NCBI GenBank assembly: GCA_964606645.1
Contig: CAZSIZ010000001.1
Location: 1-61,411, forward strand
Reading direction: 5' to 3'
Source: an uncultured bacterium
GTDB taxonomy: Bacteria; Hinthialibacterota; Hinthialibacteria; Hinthialibacterales; Hinthialibacteraceae
DNA length: 61,411 nucleotides
How positions within the stretch are numbered: position 1 is the stretch's first letter; every line of letters starts with the position of its first letter. The notes beneath the pieces were generated by a model. The model had not been told where the DNA came from and ran no database searches. It saw only the letters and a program-made list of their open reading frames with translations. Of this stretch, positions 48,970 through 60,300 are shown one piece after another. A program made the position numbers and the translations under genes.

Positions 48970-49284
48970 GAGTTATTCTCCTATTAAAAAGGTTATCAAT
49001 TTTATTTAACGATTCCCGATCATCGTAGCGCATTTCGGAGGAACCGTCAGGATCGGAAATTACTCTTTTTAGATGATGAGAGGAATCTATCAAGAAATAG
49101 AATAAAAATTGAGTTGGGCTGAGATTAATATGTTAAAAAAGTTGTAAAATAGGAATTTGAAGATATATTTTAGAGAACCACAGAATGGATCAAAAACGTG
49201 CGCGATCGAAAAACGGCTCTCACACCGATAGGTGTTTCCTTTTTCACTGCCTTCACACTTATTCCGCTTGAAACGTGTTAGGCG

Positions 49285-52074
49285 ATGGAACGATTGAGCG
49301 TTCGTACCCTCACTATTCTCGCAGAAACGAATACGGTCCCGCCCTCCATCTTTCAGAATCGTTATTTTTGGATCACGATCGTTGCGGCTATTGCCGCCTG
49401 TGCATTCGGTTATTTTTTCGGATTGAAATCCAGTCACCGGCTCGGTAATCGGTATCAATCCATTCTTGAGAATCAGATCGATTTCATCACCCGGTTCACA
49501 TCCGGCGGCGAACTGACTTATGTGAACGATGCCTTCTGTCAGTATTTCAATCAACCGGAAGACCGCCTTATCGGCCAGCCCTATACCATGACGATCCATG
49601 AAGAAGATCGTAAAACCGTTCAAGCGGCTCTTTCAGCCATCACGGCCGCTCATGCAGAAGTCGCTCTCGATCATCGCGCGCTTCTATCCGATGGCACGAT
49701 CCGATGGAATCATTCGAATTATCGCGGTCTGTTCGATCAGGACGGAACACTTGTCGAAATCCAGTCGTCCGGATTCGATATTACCGACCTGAAAGATACG
49801 GAACGCGCTCTGAGAAACAGTCAGGATAAATACCGAAGGTATATCGACAACGCGCCTGACGGTTTTTTCGTGATTGATCTCGAAGGCCGTTTTCTGGATT
49901 TCAACGACGCGATGAGTTCGATTACGGGTTATCGAACCGAGGAACTTTTCGATCGAACGCTCTTCGATCTGATTTCCTCCGACGTTACTACCGAAGCAAT
50001 CGATCGCTTTAAGCAATCGCTATTCGATTCTGAAATCAATGTGGAACTGGCTTTCACGAAGAAGGATGGTTCCGATTTCGATCTATCGATCGATGTCTTA
50101 GGAATCTCCGAAGACCGGTTGACCGGATTCTGCAGAGACGTCACCGAACGAAATATCGCGAAACGAGTCCGACGCGAATCTCAACGCCAGAAACTGAATA
50201 TTCTCGAAAGCATCACCGATGCCTTCATCGCGTTCAGCCGGGATTGGTGTTTTACGTATTTGAATCAGAAAGCGGAAGAACTGCTGCGGCGTTCCCGTGA
50301 CGATCTGATCGGGAATAACGTGTGGCAGGTTTTTCCGGAATTTTCCGGAACGAATTTCGACCACAAACTCCACGAAGCCCTTGAAAACCAGACACCCGTA
50401 GAGTTCATCCAATACTATTTGCAGTTCAATACCTGGTTCGAGATCCAGTCCTACCCTTATGAGGAAGGTTTATCTGTCTATTTCCGAAATATTACCACTC
50501 GGATTCAAGCGGAAGAAGAACTGCGAAAAGCGAAAAATGACGCCGAAACGGCGAATGAGACGAAAAGCGAATTTCTGGCCAATATGAGCCATGAATTACG
50601 CACTCCCCTGAACTCAATCATCGGTTTCGCCAATGTCTTGCAGAAAAATAAGGGGAACCATCTGAATGAAAAAGAACTCGACTACCTCCAACGTATTCAT
50701 TACAACGGAAATCATCTGCTGGATATCATCAACAATATTCTCGATCTGTCCAAGATCGAGTCCGGACGGGCGGAACTGGAGGTCTCCCCCGTTCGATTGG
50801 ACCAACTGGTTGAAGAGATCATCCCCCAATTCGAAGAACAAGTTTCTTCCAAAAAGATTCAATTGCTACTCGATTCTCCTCCCAGTCTGGCTTCGATTCT
50901 AACCGACCTAGGGAAAATGAAACAAGTGCTCATCAACCTGATCGCCAACGCCGTAAAATTCACGGATGAAGGCAGCGTGACCGTTCGTATCGAGTGCGAA
51001 GAGACGTATCGTATTCCGCTTCGAATCCAGGTGATCGATACGGGAATCGGGATTCCGGAAAACCGGCTTACGTCGATTTTCGATGCGTTTCAACAAGCCG
51101 ACAGCAGTACGTCACGGAAATTCGGCGGGACTGGCCTGGGGCTGACAATCTCGAAAAATCTGTGCGAAATGCTGGGACACTCGCTCTCCGTCGAAAGTGA
51201 AACCGGCTGCGGATCGACCTTCACGATCGCTTTGAATCCTTCCTGTGACGATTCGGTTCAAACACGATCCAGCGACATTGCGTCGGAAACGACCGAGGAG
51301 TCGAAACGACTTACCTCCAGCCCTTCACCACCCACCGAGCGTTTCGACGGGAAGAGAATTCTCATTATCGATAACGAAATAGAGTCCCGCGGGCGGTTGA
51401 CCGATTACCTTCGAGACGTGGGATGCCAAGTGACCGTCGTGGAATCCGGTGAAGATGGTTTGCCCATAGCAAAAAATGAGAAACCGAACTTGATCGTTCT
51501 GGATTTAATTCTTCCTGGAATGAACGGGTGGGAAGTGTTGATCGAAATCAAATCCGCCGCCGAACTTCGGGACATCCCCGTCGTCGTGGCCAGCGTGATC
51601 GCGAAGGAAATTCGCGGGGTTAATCTGGGGCTGGTCGATTTGCTCGATAAGCCGTTGAAACAGGACGAATTGATTCGCGTGATGAATCGGAATCTTCGGG
51701 ATAGAATCGGGAATATTCTGATCCTGGACGAGAACGATTCCGAACGCCGGTTCATGACCGAATTTCTCGCCGATGAAAGCATCGCCATCCGGGCCACGGC
51801 CAGCGTCAAGGAAGCACTCGCCATTATGAGTTCCTTCACGCCGAATCTGATCGTCCTGACGCACGAAAACGGCGACCGGGAATTTCTCAATACGATCCGG
51901 CACGACCCTCGCTATTCCGGTATACCCACCGTGGTCGTTACGAAGAATGAATTTTCGGATCATGAAATGGAATTTTTGAATGACGGCGCGATGGCGGTTG
52001 TGCAAAAAGGAGCAGAGTTTGAAAACCGATTGAAACAGATCGTGCGGCAAGTGCTTCTAAACCGAATCGGTTAA
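49285..52074 (+). CDS. hybrid sensor histidine kinase (TM, PAS x3, HisKA, HATPase, REC, REC-like)
   Basis: One TM helix (YFWITIVAAIAACAFGYFF). PAS-like repeats. H-box SHELRTPLNSIIGF. G-boxes DTGIGI and GGTGLGL. REC1 has LIVLDLILPGMNG. REC2 has LIVLTHENGD. Confidence 0.9.
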   Translation: MERLSVRTLTILAETNTVPPSIFQNRYFWITIVAAIAACAFGYFFGLKSSHRLGNRYQSILENQIDFITRFTSGGELTYVNDAFCQYFNQPEDRLIGQPYTMTIHEEDRKTVQAALSAITAAHAEVALDHRALLSDGTIRWNHSNYRGLFDQDGTLVEIQSSGFDITDLKDTERALRNSQDKYRRYIDNAPDGFFVIDLEGRFLDFNDAMSSITGYRTEELFDRTLFDLISSDVTTEAIDRFKQSLFDSEINVELAFTKKDGSDFDLSIDVLGISEDRLTGFCRDVTERNIAKRVRRESQRQKLNILESITDAFIAFSRDWCFTYLNQKAEELLRRSRDDLIGNNVWQVFPEFSGTNFDHKLHEALENQTPVEFIQYYLQFNTWFEIQSYPYEEGLSVYFRNITTRIQAEEELRKAKNDAETANETKSEFLANMSHELRTPLNSIIGFANVLQKNKGNHLNEKELDYLQRIHYNGNHLLDIINNILDLSKIESGRAELEVSPVRLDQLVEEIIPQFEEQVSSKKIQLLLDSPPSLASILTDLGKMKQVLINLIANAVKFTDEGSVTVRIECEETYRIPLRIQVIDTGIGIPENRLTSIFDAFQQADSSTSRKFGGTGLGLTISKNLCEMLGHSLSVESETGCGSTFTIALNPSCDDSVQTRSSDIASETTEESKRLTSSPSPPTERFDGKRILIIDNEIESRGRLTDYLRDVGCQVTVVESGEDGLPIAKNEKPNLIVLDLILPGMNGWEVLIEIKSAAELRDIPVVVASVIAKEIRGVNLGLVDLLDKPLKQDELIRVMNRNLRDRIGNILILDENDSERRFMTEFLADESIAIRATASVKEALAIMSSFTPNLIVLTHENGDREFLNTIRHDPRYSGIPTVVVTKNEFSDHEMEFLNDGAMAVVQKGAEFENRLKQIVRQVLLNRIG

Positions 52075-52281
52075 AATCTTTTCCACAGGATCGATGCTGT
52101 GGGTTTCACCCTTTCCCCCTTCCGATTCCGGCTTTTGGATCGCCGAACCGAGATATCGCTTCTGTAATTGTTTGGAAAGCGTTCGAAGAATCCCCCGGTC
52201 ACTTTCGGGAGAGCCGAAACGGTTCATGGTGGCGTCGAGGAGCATTTGATGAAGGTCCACTTCGGTGAGCGTATCGAATTC

Positions 52282-52782
52282 TCAAACGATCGTTGGCGCT
52301 TTCCGGCAAAGTTCCAACGCCTCGTCACGTCTGTTCTGGCTGCAATACAGCATCGACAGCAAGTGTAAGGTTAAATAACGAAGCATCGAGTCTATTTCGG
52401 GTTTTTTCATATAGGGCGTTCGGTTTTCGATTTTCAACGCCTGCCGGTAAAGGATTTCCGCTTGGGACAATCGATCGAATCGATGGTAGAACAATCCGCA
52501 ATGAGTCATACTTTTGGCGGTTCTCAGATTGTCAACGCCGTACAGATTCTTATAGATCGACAGAGAATCCTTGAAATAGGGTTCAGCCTTATCGAAATCA
52601 TCCAGCGCGAGATAGAAAACACCCAAGACTTTCTTGTTGCGGGCGATATACTCGTTGGGATCGTTGTACGATTCCGATTCCTCCAACGCCGCCTGGAAGC
52701 GTTTTTCCGCTTCCGAAAATTCCTCTTCTTTGAATTTTTGCTCACCGGCTTCAGTCAATTGCAGGATCGCTGAATAACTCAT
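52282..52782 (-). CDS. tetratricopeptide-repeat protein
   Basis: Repeated TPR-like units (AEKRFQAALEE, LGVFYLALDDFDKAEPYFKDSLSIY, CGLFYHRFDRLSQAEILYRQALKI). Confidence 0.75.
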   Translation of the reverse strand: MSYSAILQLTEAGEQKFKEEEFSEAEKRFQAALEESESYNDPNEYIARNKKVLGVFYLALDDFDKAEPYFKDSLSIYKNLYGVDNLRTAKSMTHCGLFYHRFDRLSQAEILYRQALKIENRTPYMKKPEIDSMLRYLTLHLLSMLYCSQNRRDEALELCRKAPTIV

Positions 52783-53061
52783 TATGGAATATCTCCCGGA
52801 GTGAATCGGTCACCTAGACTGATTTTCAAAAATACGTTCGTAATGGTGTTTAATCCGATGTTACTTTTGAAAACCGCTCTAACATTAAATCAATCAATTA
52901 TTAATCATTTTATAAATTCTTCAACCTCTCATTCTCCTTTCACTTGAATCATTCATTCTGGAGAATTTCTTTCAAGGCGATCGCATTGAAAAAAAACTTA
53001 ACGTGACATACGATCGTATAAGTGGGTAGACCAGCTTATATCAATAAAAGGAATTCTAAAA

Positions 53062-55317
53062 ATGCGAATCATCACCGCTCTCTCAATCGTTTTTATCCAC
53101 TCCTTGTGCAGTTCTGCGCCTTTACAGCCAAGCATTTCATTGGATAAGTTCAAGCACGAACCACCGAAGTTATCCAATTCCGCCAACCCAATGGATTGGC
53201 TAATAGACTCGGCGGCTTTCAGTGCCGATGTCTATCGGGGTGCGAATGGACGTGAGATTATTCTGTCGAACGGTCTCATCCGGCGTGTTTGGCGAATCGA
53301 ACCGAACCTGGCCTGCGTTTCGTTCGACAATCTGATGACGGGACAACCCCTGTTGAGGGCGGTTCGGCCGGAAGCGCTTCTTTCCCTGAACGGACACGCG
53401 TTCGATATCGGAGGCTTGACCGGACAGCCCAATCACGCCTTCCTTTTGAACCAATGGCTGGATGACATGAAGCCGAGTGAAAACACTTTCCAGCTGACTC
53501 ATATCGAACGATTACCGATTACCGAACGTTTTTCCTGGAAACGCATCCGACACCACGCCCCGAACGTTGAATGGCCGCCTGCGGGAGTCTCCCTGCGATT
53601 CGACTTTCAATTATCACCGGCTGCGTTGAAAGCGCTTGAAACCGATTCCTTTCGGAACGTCACCGTCTCCGTATTTTACGAACTTTATGACGGTATTCCT
53701 TTGATGTCGAAATGGATTCGAGTGAATAATGACAACAGTAATACGGTTACAGTGGATCGGTTTACGAGTGAAATATTGGCGATCGTCGAACACGGGAATT
53801 CCGTCGAGTTTCGCGAAGGGATTGATTTGCCCAAACCTCAATCGATGCACGTCGAAACCGATATGGCGTTCGGCGGATTCAACTACCCAAACGCGAATCG
53901 GTATAGCGTCCACTGGCTTCCCGATCCGGAGTATCACACCCAAGTCAATTATATGAAACAACAGCCGTGCCTCTTGAAAGTGGAACCCACCCTGGGACCG
54001 GATTACGACATCGCGCCGGGAAAAACGTTTACCAGTTTCCGAACGTTCGAACTGGTCTACGATTCCACCGAACGGGAGCGTCAAGGACTCGCACTGCGCC
54101 GGATGTACCGCACGATCGCTCCCTGGGTAACGGAGAATCCGATTATGATGCACCTGCGTAATTCCAAGCCGGAAGCAGTCGAACAGGCCATCGATCAATG
54201 CGCCGAAACCGGCTTCGAAATGCTGATCCTCTCCTTCGGGAGCGGATTCCAGATTGAAAACGAATCACCGGAGTATATCGACCGATGGAAACGCACCGCC
54301 GAATACGCCCGCTCGAAAGGGATCGAAATCGGCGGCTATTCGCTTCTCTCCAGCCGACGGATCAAACCAGACAGTGACAACATTCACCATCCCGAAACCG
54401 GGAAGCCCGGCGGGCAAACTCACGGGTACTGCCCCGCGCTGACCAGTGAGTGGGGGCAGACTTATTTTGGGAAACTCTACCGCTTTTTTAAAAAGACAGG
54501 CTTCACTCTGCTCGAACATGACGGGTCTTATCCCGGTGACGCCGACGCGCTTGCTCGGCCCCCGCTTCAGAAGAGTATGGAGAACTCGCGGTGGGCGCAG
54601 TGGACCGTTATTCGCGATTTCTACCAGTGGTGCCGGTCGACCGGGGTTTATCTGAACGTTCCGGATTATTATTATCTCGTGGGGAGCAGCAAATGCGGGA
54701 TGGGGTATCGTGAAACCAACTGGTCGCTTCCCCGCGAACATCAAGTCATCCACACACGGCAAAACATTTTCGACGGGACGTGGGAGAAAACGCCTAGCAT
54801 GGGCTGGATGTTCGTTCCCCTCAGCCAATACCACGGCGGCGGAGCGGCGGCCACGGTCGAACCGCTCGACGAACATCTGGACCATTACGAGCGCATGATG
54901 GCAAGCAATTTCGGGGCGGGCGTTCAGGCTTGTTACCGTGGGCCACGGCTCTATGACACGGAACGCACTCAAACCGCCGTTCGGAAATGGGTTCAATGGT
55001 ATAAAACGTACCGGGATATTCTGGAGAGCGATATTATCCACACCTCCAGCCGACGGGCCGACGGGCGGGACATCGACTGGATTTTTCACGCAAATCCCGC
55101 ACTTTCAAACAAAGGCATGCTCGTGATTTACAATCCCCTCGACCGCGATGTGGAGAGAATGATTTCGCTTGATCTATATTATACGGGCCTGACAGACACA
55201 GCAAACGTTCAAGAGCAAGGCTCAAATTCAAAGCGTTTTCGATTGTCTCGAAAATATACAATCCGGCTAACGGTTCGAGTTCAGGCTGGGGGTATGAATT
55301 GGTATTTGGTTGAATAG
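53062..55317 (+). CDS. exported hypothetical protein, possibly an alpha-galactosidase-like TIM-barrel glycosidase
   Basis: Signal MRIITALSIVFIHSLCSSA. The central segment AETGFEMLILSFGSG...KGIEIGGYSLL...FTLLEHDGSYPGD suggests a TIM-barrel glycosidase. The functional call is weak. Confidence 0.55.
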   Translation: MRIITALSIVFIHSLCSSAPLQPSISLDKFKHEPPKLSNSANPMDWLIDSAAFSADVYRGANGREIILSNGLIRRVWRIEPNLACVSFDNLMTGQPLLRAVRPEALLSLNGHAFDIGGLTGQPNHAFLLNQWLDDMKPSENTFQLTHIERLPITERFSWKRIRHHAPNVEWPPAGVSLRFDFQLSPAALKALETDSFRNVTVSVFYELYDGIPLMSKWIRVNNDNSNTVTVDRFTSEILAIVEHGNSVEFREGIDLPKPQSMHVETDMAFGGFNYPNANRYSVHWLPDPEYHTQVNYMKQQPCLLKVEPTLGPDYDIAPGKTFTSFRTFELVYDSTERERQGLALRRMYRTIAPWVTENPIMMHLRNSKPEAVEQAIDQCAETGFEMLILSFGSGFQIENESPEYIDRWKRTAEYARSKGIEIGGYSLLSSRRIKPDSDNIHHPETGKPGGQTHGYCPALTSEWGQTYFGKLYRFFKKTGFTLLEHDGSYPGDADALARPPLQKSMENSRWAQWTVIRDFYQWCRSTGVYLNVPDYYYLVGSSKCGMGYRETNWSLPREHQVIHTRQNIFDGTWEKTPSMGWMFVPLSQYHGGGAAATVEPLDEHLDHYERMMASNFGAGVQACYRGPRLYDTERTQTAVRKWVQWYKTYRDILESDIIHTSSRRADGRDIDWIFHANPALSNKGMLVIYNPLDRDVERMISLDLYYTGLTDTANVQEQGSNSKRFRLSRKYTIRLTVRVQAGGMNWYLVE

Positions 55318-55328
55318 GTTATGCTTCG

Positions 55329-56150
55329 TTATAGTGGGTCGATGAGGCGTGACTCATCCTGCCTGTCTTTTTTCCAGGAGCGGACATAATCGATGTGGAA
55401 GGTGGCGGGAAGGTTTTCCTTATTAGGCAGTCCGAACCAATTCGGCATCGTTTCACTGTCGAAATTCATTGTCAACGCCTGATGCCAGTGCTTGTTCTTC
55501 TTCGTTCGGATGAGTTTCCTATCGACGTACCATTTCAAGAAATCTCCGTCCCATTCGAAACCGTAAACATGGAACTCATCTGCCAGAAAATAGGGAGATT
55601 CCCAGACCTTTGAATCGGACTTATGTTTTTCCACTGTCCCTTTGTAATCCGGCGTATGGAAGACGTGAACATTGGTGTGATATTTCTTCTCGTGACCGGG
55701 ACAGGTACCGCCGATTTCAAAGACATCGATCTCCGTCCATATTTCCGGAGTGCTGTGATAGAACCAGAAAGCGCTCGACGCACGTGATTTCATCGGCTTA
55801 CACCGAATCTCGAAATAGCCATACTTGACCAGTGCTTTGCTTTGGACCGCAGCGGTGGTGAAGGTGTGATAGCCGGACGGGAGGTTTGGCAAATCTTCGG
55901 CGCGGGCTGCTAAATGAAGCATCCCATCATTCACCGTGACGTTCTTAGGCGAGAAAAAGCCGGGTTTTCTCCCTTTCCACCCTGGATTGCAATCGTGCCA
56001 CTTCGCCGCATCCAATCGCTCACTATCGAATTCATCCGTTAGTTCTGGAATCGGTTTCCAACGTGATCCCTTCGGCGGATCGGCGTAAATCGAACCATGC
56101 ATAATAATGACAAATGTCATACTTATTATCAACTTATCGACTATCTTCAT
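55329..56150 (-). CDS. glycoside hydrolase family 16
   Basis: Signal MKIVDKLIISMTFVIIMHGSIYA. Catalytic ExDxxE motif TEIDVFEIGG. Beta-jelly-roll-sized protein. Confidence 0.85.
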   Translation of the reverse strand: MKIVDKLIISMTFVIIMHGSIYADPPKGSRWKPIPELTDEFDSERLDAAKWHDCNPGWKGRKPGFFSPKNVTVNDGMLHLAARAEDLPNLPSGYHTFTTAAVQSKALVKYGYFEIRCKPMKSRASSAFWFYHSTPEIWTEIDVFEIGGTCPGHEKKYHTNVHVFHTPDYKGTVEKHKSDSKVWESPYFLADEFHVYGFEWDGDFLKWYVDRKLIRTKKNKHWHQALTMNFDSETMPNWFGLPNKENLPATFHIDYVRSWKKDRQDESRLIDPL

Positions 56151-56181
56151 CTAATGGTTCTCCATTCGATTGTGATAAAAA

Positions 56182-57315
56182 TCAGACGTAGCCGATGCCG
56201 TACCAGACCAGCGGAACGGGGAAGAGACGGCGGAGTAGTTGGGTTAACGGGGTGTCCGAAGGTTGTTTTTTTATGAGAATATCCTCAGTGGGATGGCCGA
56301 AGAATAGGTGGGCCAGTTCGCCGCCGTTCTCGAACTTGAGGGTTTCACCTTCAAATGTGAATGCGGCGGATTGTTCGGCTGCCTCGATCTTCAGTTGGGA
56401 TATGGCCTGCTCGTCGACTCGTTCGATGAAGAATGACTGTGCGCGGTCAAGGAAGCGTTTTGCGTTTATTACTAGAACCGTCCCGTCGTCGTAACCGAAG
56501 CAGCAGCGTTCCTTAATGAACGGTTTCCATGAGAGGGGGAGAATCGATTCCGACACGGCGGTGAACGAGATCGTTTCCACATCGTATTGCCCGAACAGCA
56601 GGCTCGACGCTTCCAGCGATTCCACACGTCCGGCCCAATCCATAATGGTTAACTCGGAACCGCTGAAATGGACGACGGCGAATCCAACCGGCTCTCCTTC
56701 ATATTCGATCATCCACCAGTCCGATGGTTTGTCCATTATCCACTTGCAATCGAAAAGCGCTTTGATGTCTTCCAAGGGTAACTGGTAGCGTGTCGGTTGC
56801 GTTTCACGTAAGGCGGCGATGGTTTCGATATCTTTTTCCGTCGCTTGTCGTAGAGCGAAATTGGGAAAATGTCCAGCGTCCGATTTTGCGAGACGGACGA
56901 TGGGGAACGAACCGCACGCGACGGCATCGAGGCGGCGGTAGATTCCTAGATTACCGGATATCAGCATGATGTCCGCGCCCTGCTCGACGCTTCGGGCGAT
57001 GGCGTCTTTCATCAGGATCGACGCGTATTGCTTTCCGCGCCCATCGGTATGGGTGGCGACCGCGCCGATACCCGCTTCTTTGGTCGGAATGCCTCCCAGC
57101 GAGACGGGGCGGATCGAGGTGGCGACGTGCGAGAGAATGCGTTCGTTCTCTTTGATGACGCGCACGTTGTCCCGATTGTCCAAACAGACATGGCGGGGGT
57201 ATTCACGGCTCATGTCGCCGCCGTCCGGACGGAAGACTTGATTGAGCAGATCGATCAGATCGGGTAAATCCTGTTCGGTGATGGAAAGCGGGCCTTCGTA
57301 ATTCGGTGCGTTCAT
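56182..57315 (-). CDS. GNAT-family N-acetyltransferase, Eis-like three-domain architecture
   Basis: Acetyl-CoA-binding-type motif GIGAVATHTDGRGKQYASILM. About 377 aa with a C-terminal extension, as in Eis-like enzymes. No signal peptide. The start lies 2 nt after the upstream stop. Confidence 0.7.
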   Translation of the reverse strand: MNAPNYEGPLSITEQDLPDLIDLLNQVFRPDGGDMSREYPRHVCLDNRDNVRVIKENERILSHVATSIRPVSLGGIPTKEAGIGAVATHTDGRGKQYASILMKDAIARSVEQGADIMLISGNLGIYRRLDAVACGSFPIVRLAKSDAGHFPNFALRQATEKDIETIAALRETQPTRYQLPLEDIKALFDCKWIMDKPSDWWMIEYEGEPVGFAVVHFSGSELTIMDWAGRVESLEASSLLFGQYDVETISFTAVSESILPLSWKPFIKERCCFGYDDGTVLVINAKRFLDRAQSFFIERVDEQAISQLKIEAAEQSAAFTFEGETLKFENGGELAHLFFGHPTEDILIKKQPSDTPLTQLLRRLFPVPLVWYGIGYV

Positions 57316-57317
57316 AT

Positions 57318-60300
57318 CTAATCTCCACGTTCGACAGTGAATGAAACTTGTTCGGTTTTGTGTTTGGCGCGAATCAGCACGGCACGCTGCTTCGGTAGAT
57401 AGCGCCAGCCACTGGATTCACCAAAGAGCGGATTCGCTTCTTTTAACACTCGCTTGGGATTGATTGTAATCCACTTCGGTTTTTGTTCGAGAGGCGCAAC
57501 CACAATCGATGTCTCACGACCCGGCTTCGACGTTAAGGAAAACTGAATTCGCCTGCCGTCGATCTTCGTTTCATCGATATCCGAGTTTGCACTGACCCGC
57601 ATTGCATGACGCCCCGGCTTATCGAGAAAAACCGTTCGGATGTTGAGGCTGTTGCCGTTGAGGGCATGGACGTTGGTCATGATGTTTTCGGGATTGATGT
57701 AAGCCCCCCGCGCCGTGATGAAATAATCGCCGTAACTGTCGGGAAGGGTTCCGATCAGTTCTCCTTCGGTCAGTTGCTGGTGCATGGCGCTGTTGACGAT
57801 CCCCTCGGCGATCGTCAGCCACGGGTATCGATCGTCGAATTCGGCCAGTTCCTGCAGGGCGTAGGCATAAACCAGGCCGCACCATTGCACGGGAACGCCG
57901 AGCCATGAGTGGGAGAAAAACGTCGTACCGAAAATGGGGATCGTGGCGTAACGCTGCAAGGGGCGGCCTCCCAGGTTCCAAAGGTAATGGAAGACGATTC
58001 CCGTGCGCGCCCAGTAGACGGCGTGGTCCAAATAAGCCTTGTCACCGGTGATTCGGTAGGCGTCCAAGTTGGCGCGGGCGCCGTAGCCGGAGACCATGAT
58101 GTCCGCTGCGGCGAGGGGGCATTCCCAGCCCTGCGCGCCTCGTGGAACCGTGCGGCGATTGAGGGCTTCCAGTGCTTTGAGTCCGGTTTCGGTGGCGACG
58201 GGATCGGCGGTGATTCTCGCCAGACGCATCAAGCGCATGGCGTGGGGGGCGATGGTTCCTGAGACGACTTCGCCCTCTTTGCCCAAATCCTTCTGAACGT
58301 CTTTGGAGGGATGGAATCCCCAGCTGCCGTCGGGATTCTGCGAGTTTTTCAGTCCCGCCGCCTGTCTCGCCCAACTGGATAGCGCGGATTCCAGCACGCC
58401 CCAATAGAACGCCGGTTCGAAGGTCATAACATGGCAGCCCGCTGACGATACCAGGCCAGCCGGACCGCGTGTTTTTAAAATATGTTGATAGACGAGATCG
58501 ATTCGCTCTTTCAAGATTTGAGTTTGCCCGGTTTTGTCGGTTAGGAAATCATCGAGAGAAAGGAGCGCCAGCATCCCTCCGGACGGGATTGGATCCCAGC
58601 CGACACAGTGCCCCCAGCCCTTCCCTTCCGCACTCCAGCATGAGGTTAAGTACGCCTGGCGGCTGAGAATGATTTCCTCTTCGTAACGGCGCGGGGGAGC
58701 AGCAGGCAGTGGAAACTCATTCCGCCCATAGAGTTCGAGCCAAGCGTCCAGCGCATCGCAGGGATCGTTCGATTCACCCAGCACGATCGCGCATTCGATA
58801 CGGACCGTCTCGCCCGGCTGGATGATGTAGGGGGTATGAGCCGTCTCGTGATTTTCCAAGGTGTAATCGGGAACCGTGGGCACGAACAGTCCGAAAAGAT
58901 GATTGTCCTGGCCGTACAACCGGTTGGGGACAGAGAATTTGGGTGACAGACAGCGCTCGTTTCGCGACCACGCCATCTGCGGTGGCCACAGCAGCGAAAC
59001 AAGCGTGTTTTCGTGAGTCAGCGCCATGAACGGAATTGTGTTCTTATAGGGATGCGGCATGGTCTGATCCCGCACCGGGGGACGTGCCACGGCGTCGCTG
59101 GACGAGACGGCATCGCGATCCAGAAACTCGATTCCGGGGAAGATCGCCCTATCTTTTTCCCTCCCGAAACTGCGCTCGCCGATAAACAACTCCGGGCCGG
59201 AAAAATGGAGAAGCCGCCCGCCTTCCGATTGCAGAGAATAGGTAAAATGCAGTGCTTCGAGGGGAGGGGAGAGAACTTCCATCTCAAGGGTAAAAGACCA
59301 TTGGCGCGAATCGGGGTCTGTCCACGTTTTTTGGAATAGAAACGTGCCTGGAATCGGACTCTGCATTTCCGTTGAAAACAGGGGGATCCGTTGGACCTCG
59401 CCGGAATTCGTTTCGATCTGAACCGTTCCCAAACGGGCCATCCAGACACAATCTTTCCATTCACCCTTTCGATTGACCTGGAAGCGCGCGGGGCCGTAGC
59501 CTAAGTCGGTTTTAGGCATGATGACCTGGAAGGTTTCTTGGTTGAGAACGATCGCATCCCGGCGATTTTCGGTATCCGACACTTGTAATATCGTGTTGAG
59601 GGGTTTGTTTTCGATTTTTTGCAATGGTGTAAAATCGAGCGGCTTCCAATCGCAGGAGACTTGGATCGCGCATTCACGTTTGGATGAAAAGTTCCATGAG
59701 ACATCGCACTCGGAGCCAGGCGGGATTTCCACGCGGCGATTCGTATCCTCGATCGTACCGTTTAGTTGTTTCAATTCCCCATGAAGTGAGAGATCGATCG
59801 TACCGGCCACATCGCCGGAATTGCGTATCCGCGCGGTCAGTTCGATCGGTTCACCGGGGCGGGCGAAGGGACGATTCGCGCGGAAACTGACCGGCTCGAT
59901 GCGGGGACCGATTCGGTCGACGATCTTGAAGGAGCGCAGAACGACTTTGGAATTCGTGTCGGATGGGTCCAGGCGCAGGCGGATCATATCACCGGTCCAC
60001 TTGGGGTGAGCGGCGAGGGATAGCACGTAGGTATGATATAAGCCGTCAGGTTTGAGTTGCGCTCTGACGCTGTTGGGTTCGATGAAGCGCGGCGTCTGTT
60101 TGGAGGCCCAGAAAACTTGCATCTGCGACCCGGCCGAGACGCTCATTTCAATCAAAATCGCTTTGTAATCCTTGGCGGAGAAGTTCAAGGCTTTGGACGT
60201 GATATAGGGATCGGAACCGGTGCATTCGATCACTGCCCCCTCTTCCGAATCGGTCAATGGTCGCACGTCATGCGTTGCCTGCCAGTCTTCCGGCTGCTTC

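Noticed and set aside
49090-49623. 177-codon minus-strand ORF in the AT-rich region upstream of, and overlapping, the kinase start
   Set aside because: It overlaps the kinase N-terminal coding region. The AT-rich part yields low-complexity Ile/Phe/Lys sequence, and no RBS is present.
52057-52260. 67-codon ORF downstream of the TPR gene, overlapping the kinase 3' end
   Set aside because: It has a GTG start with no RBS and overlaps the kinase stop region by 18 nt. No motif supports it. A real small protein cannot be excluded without expression data.
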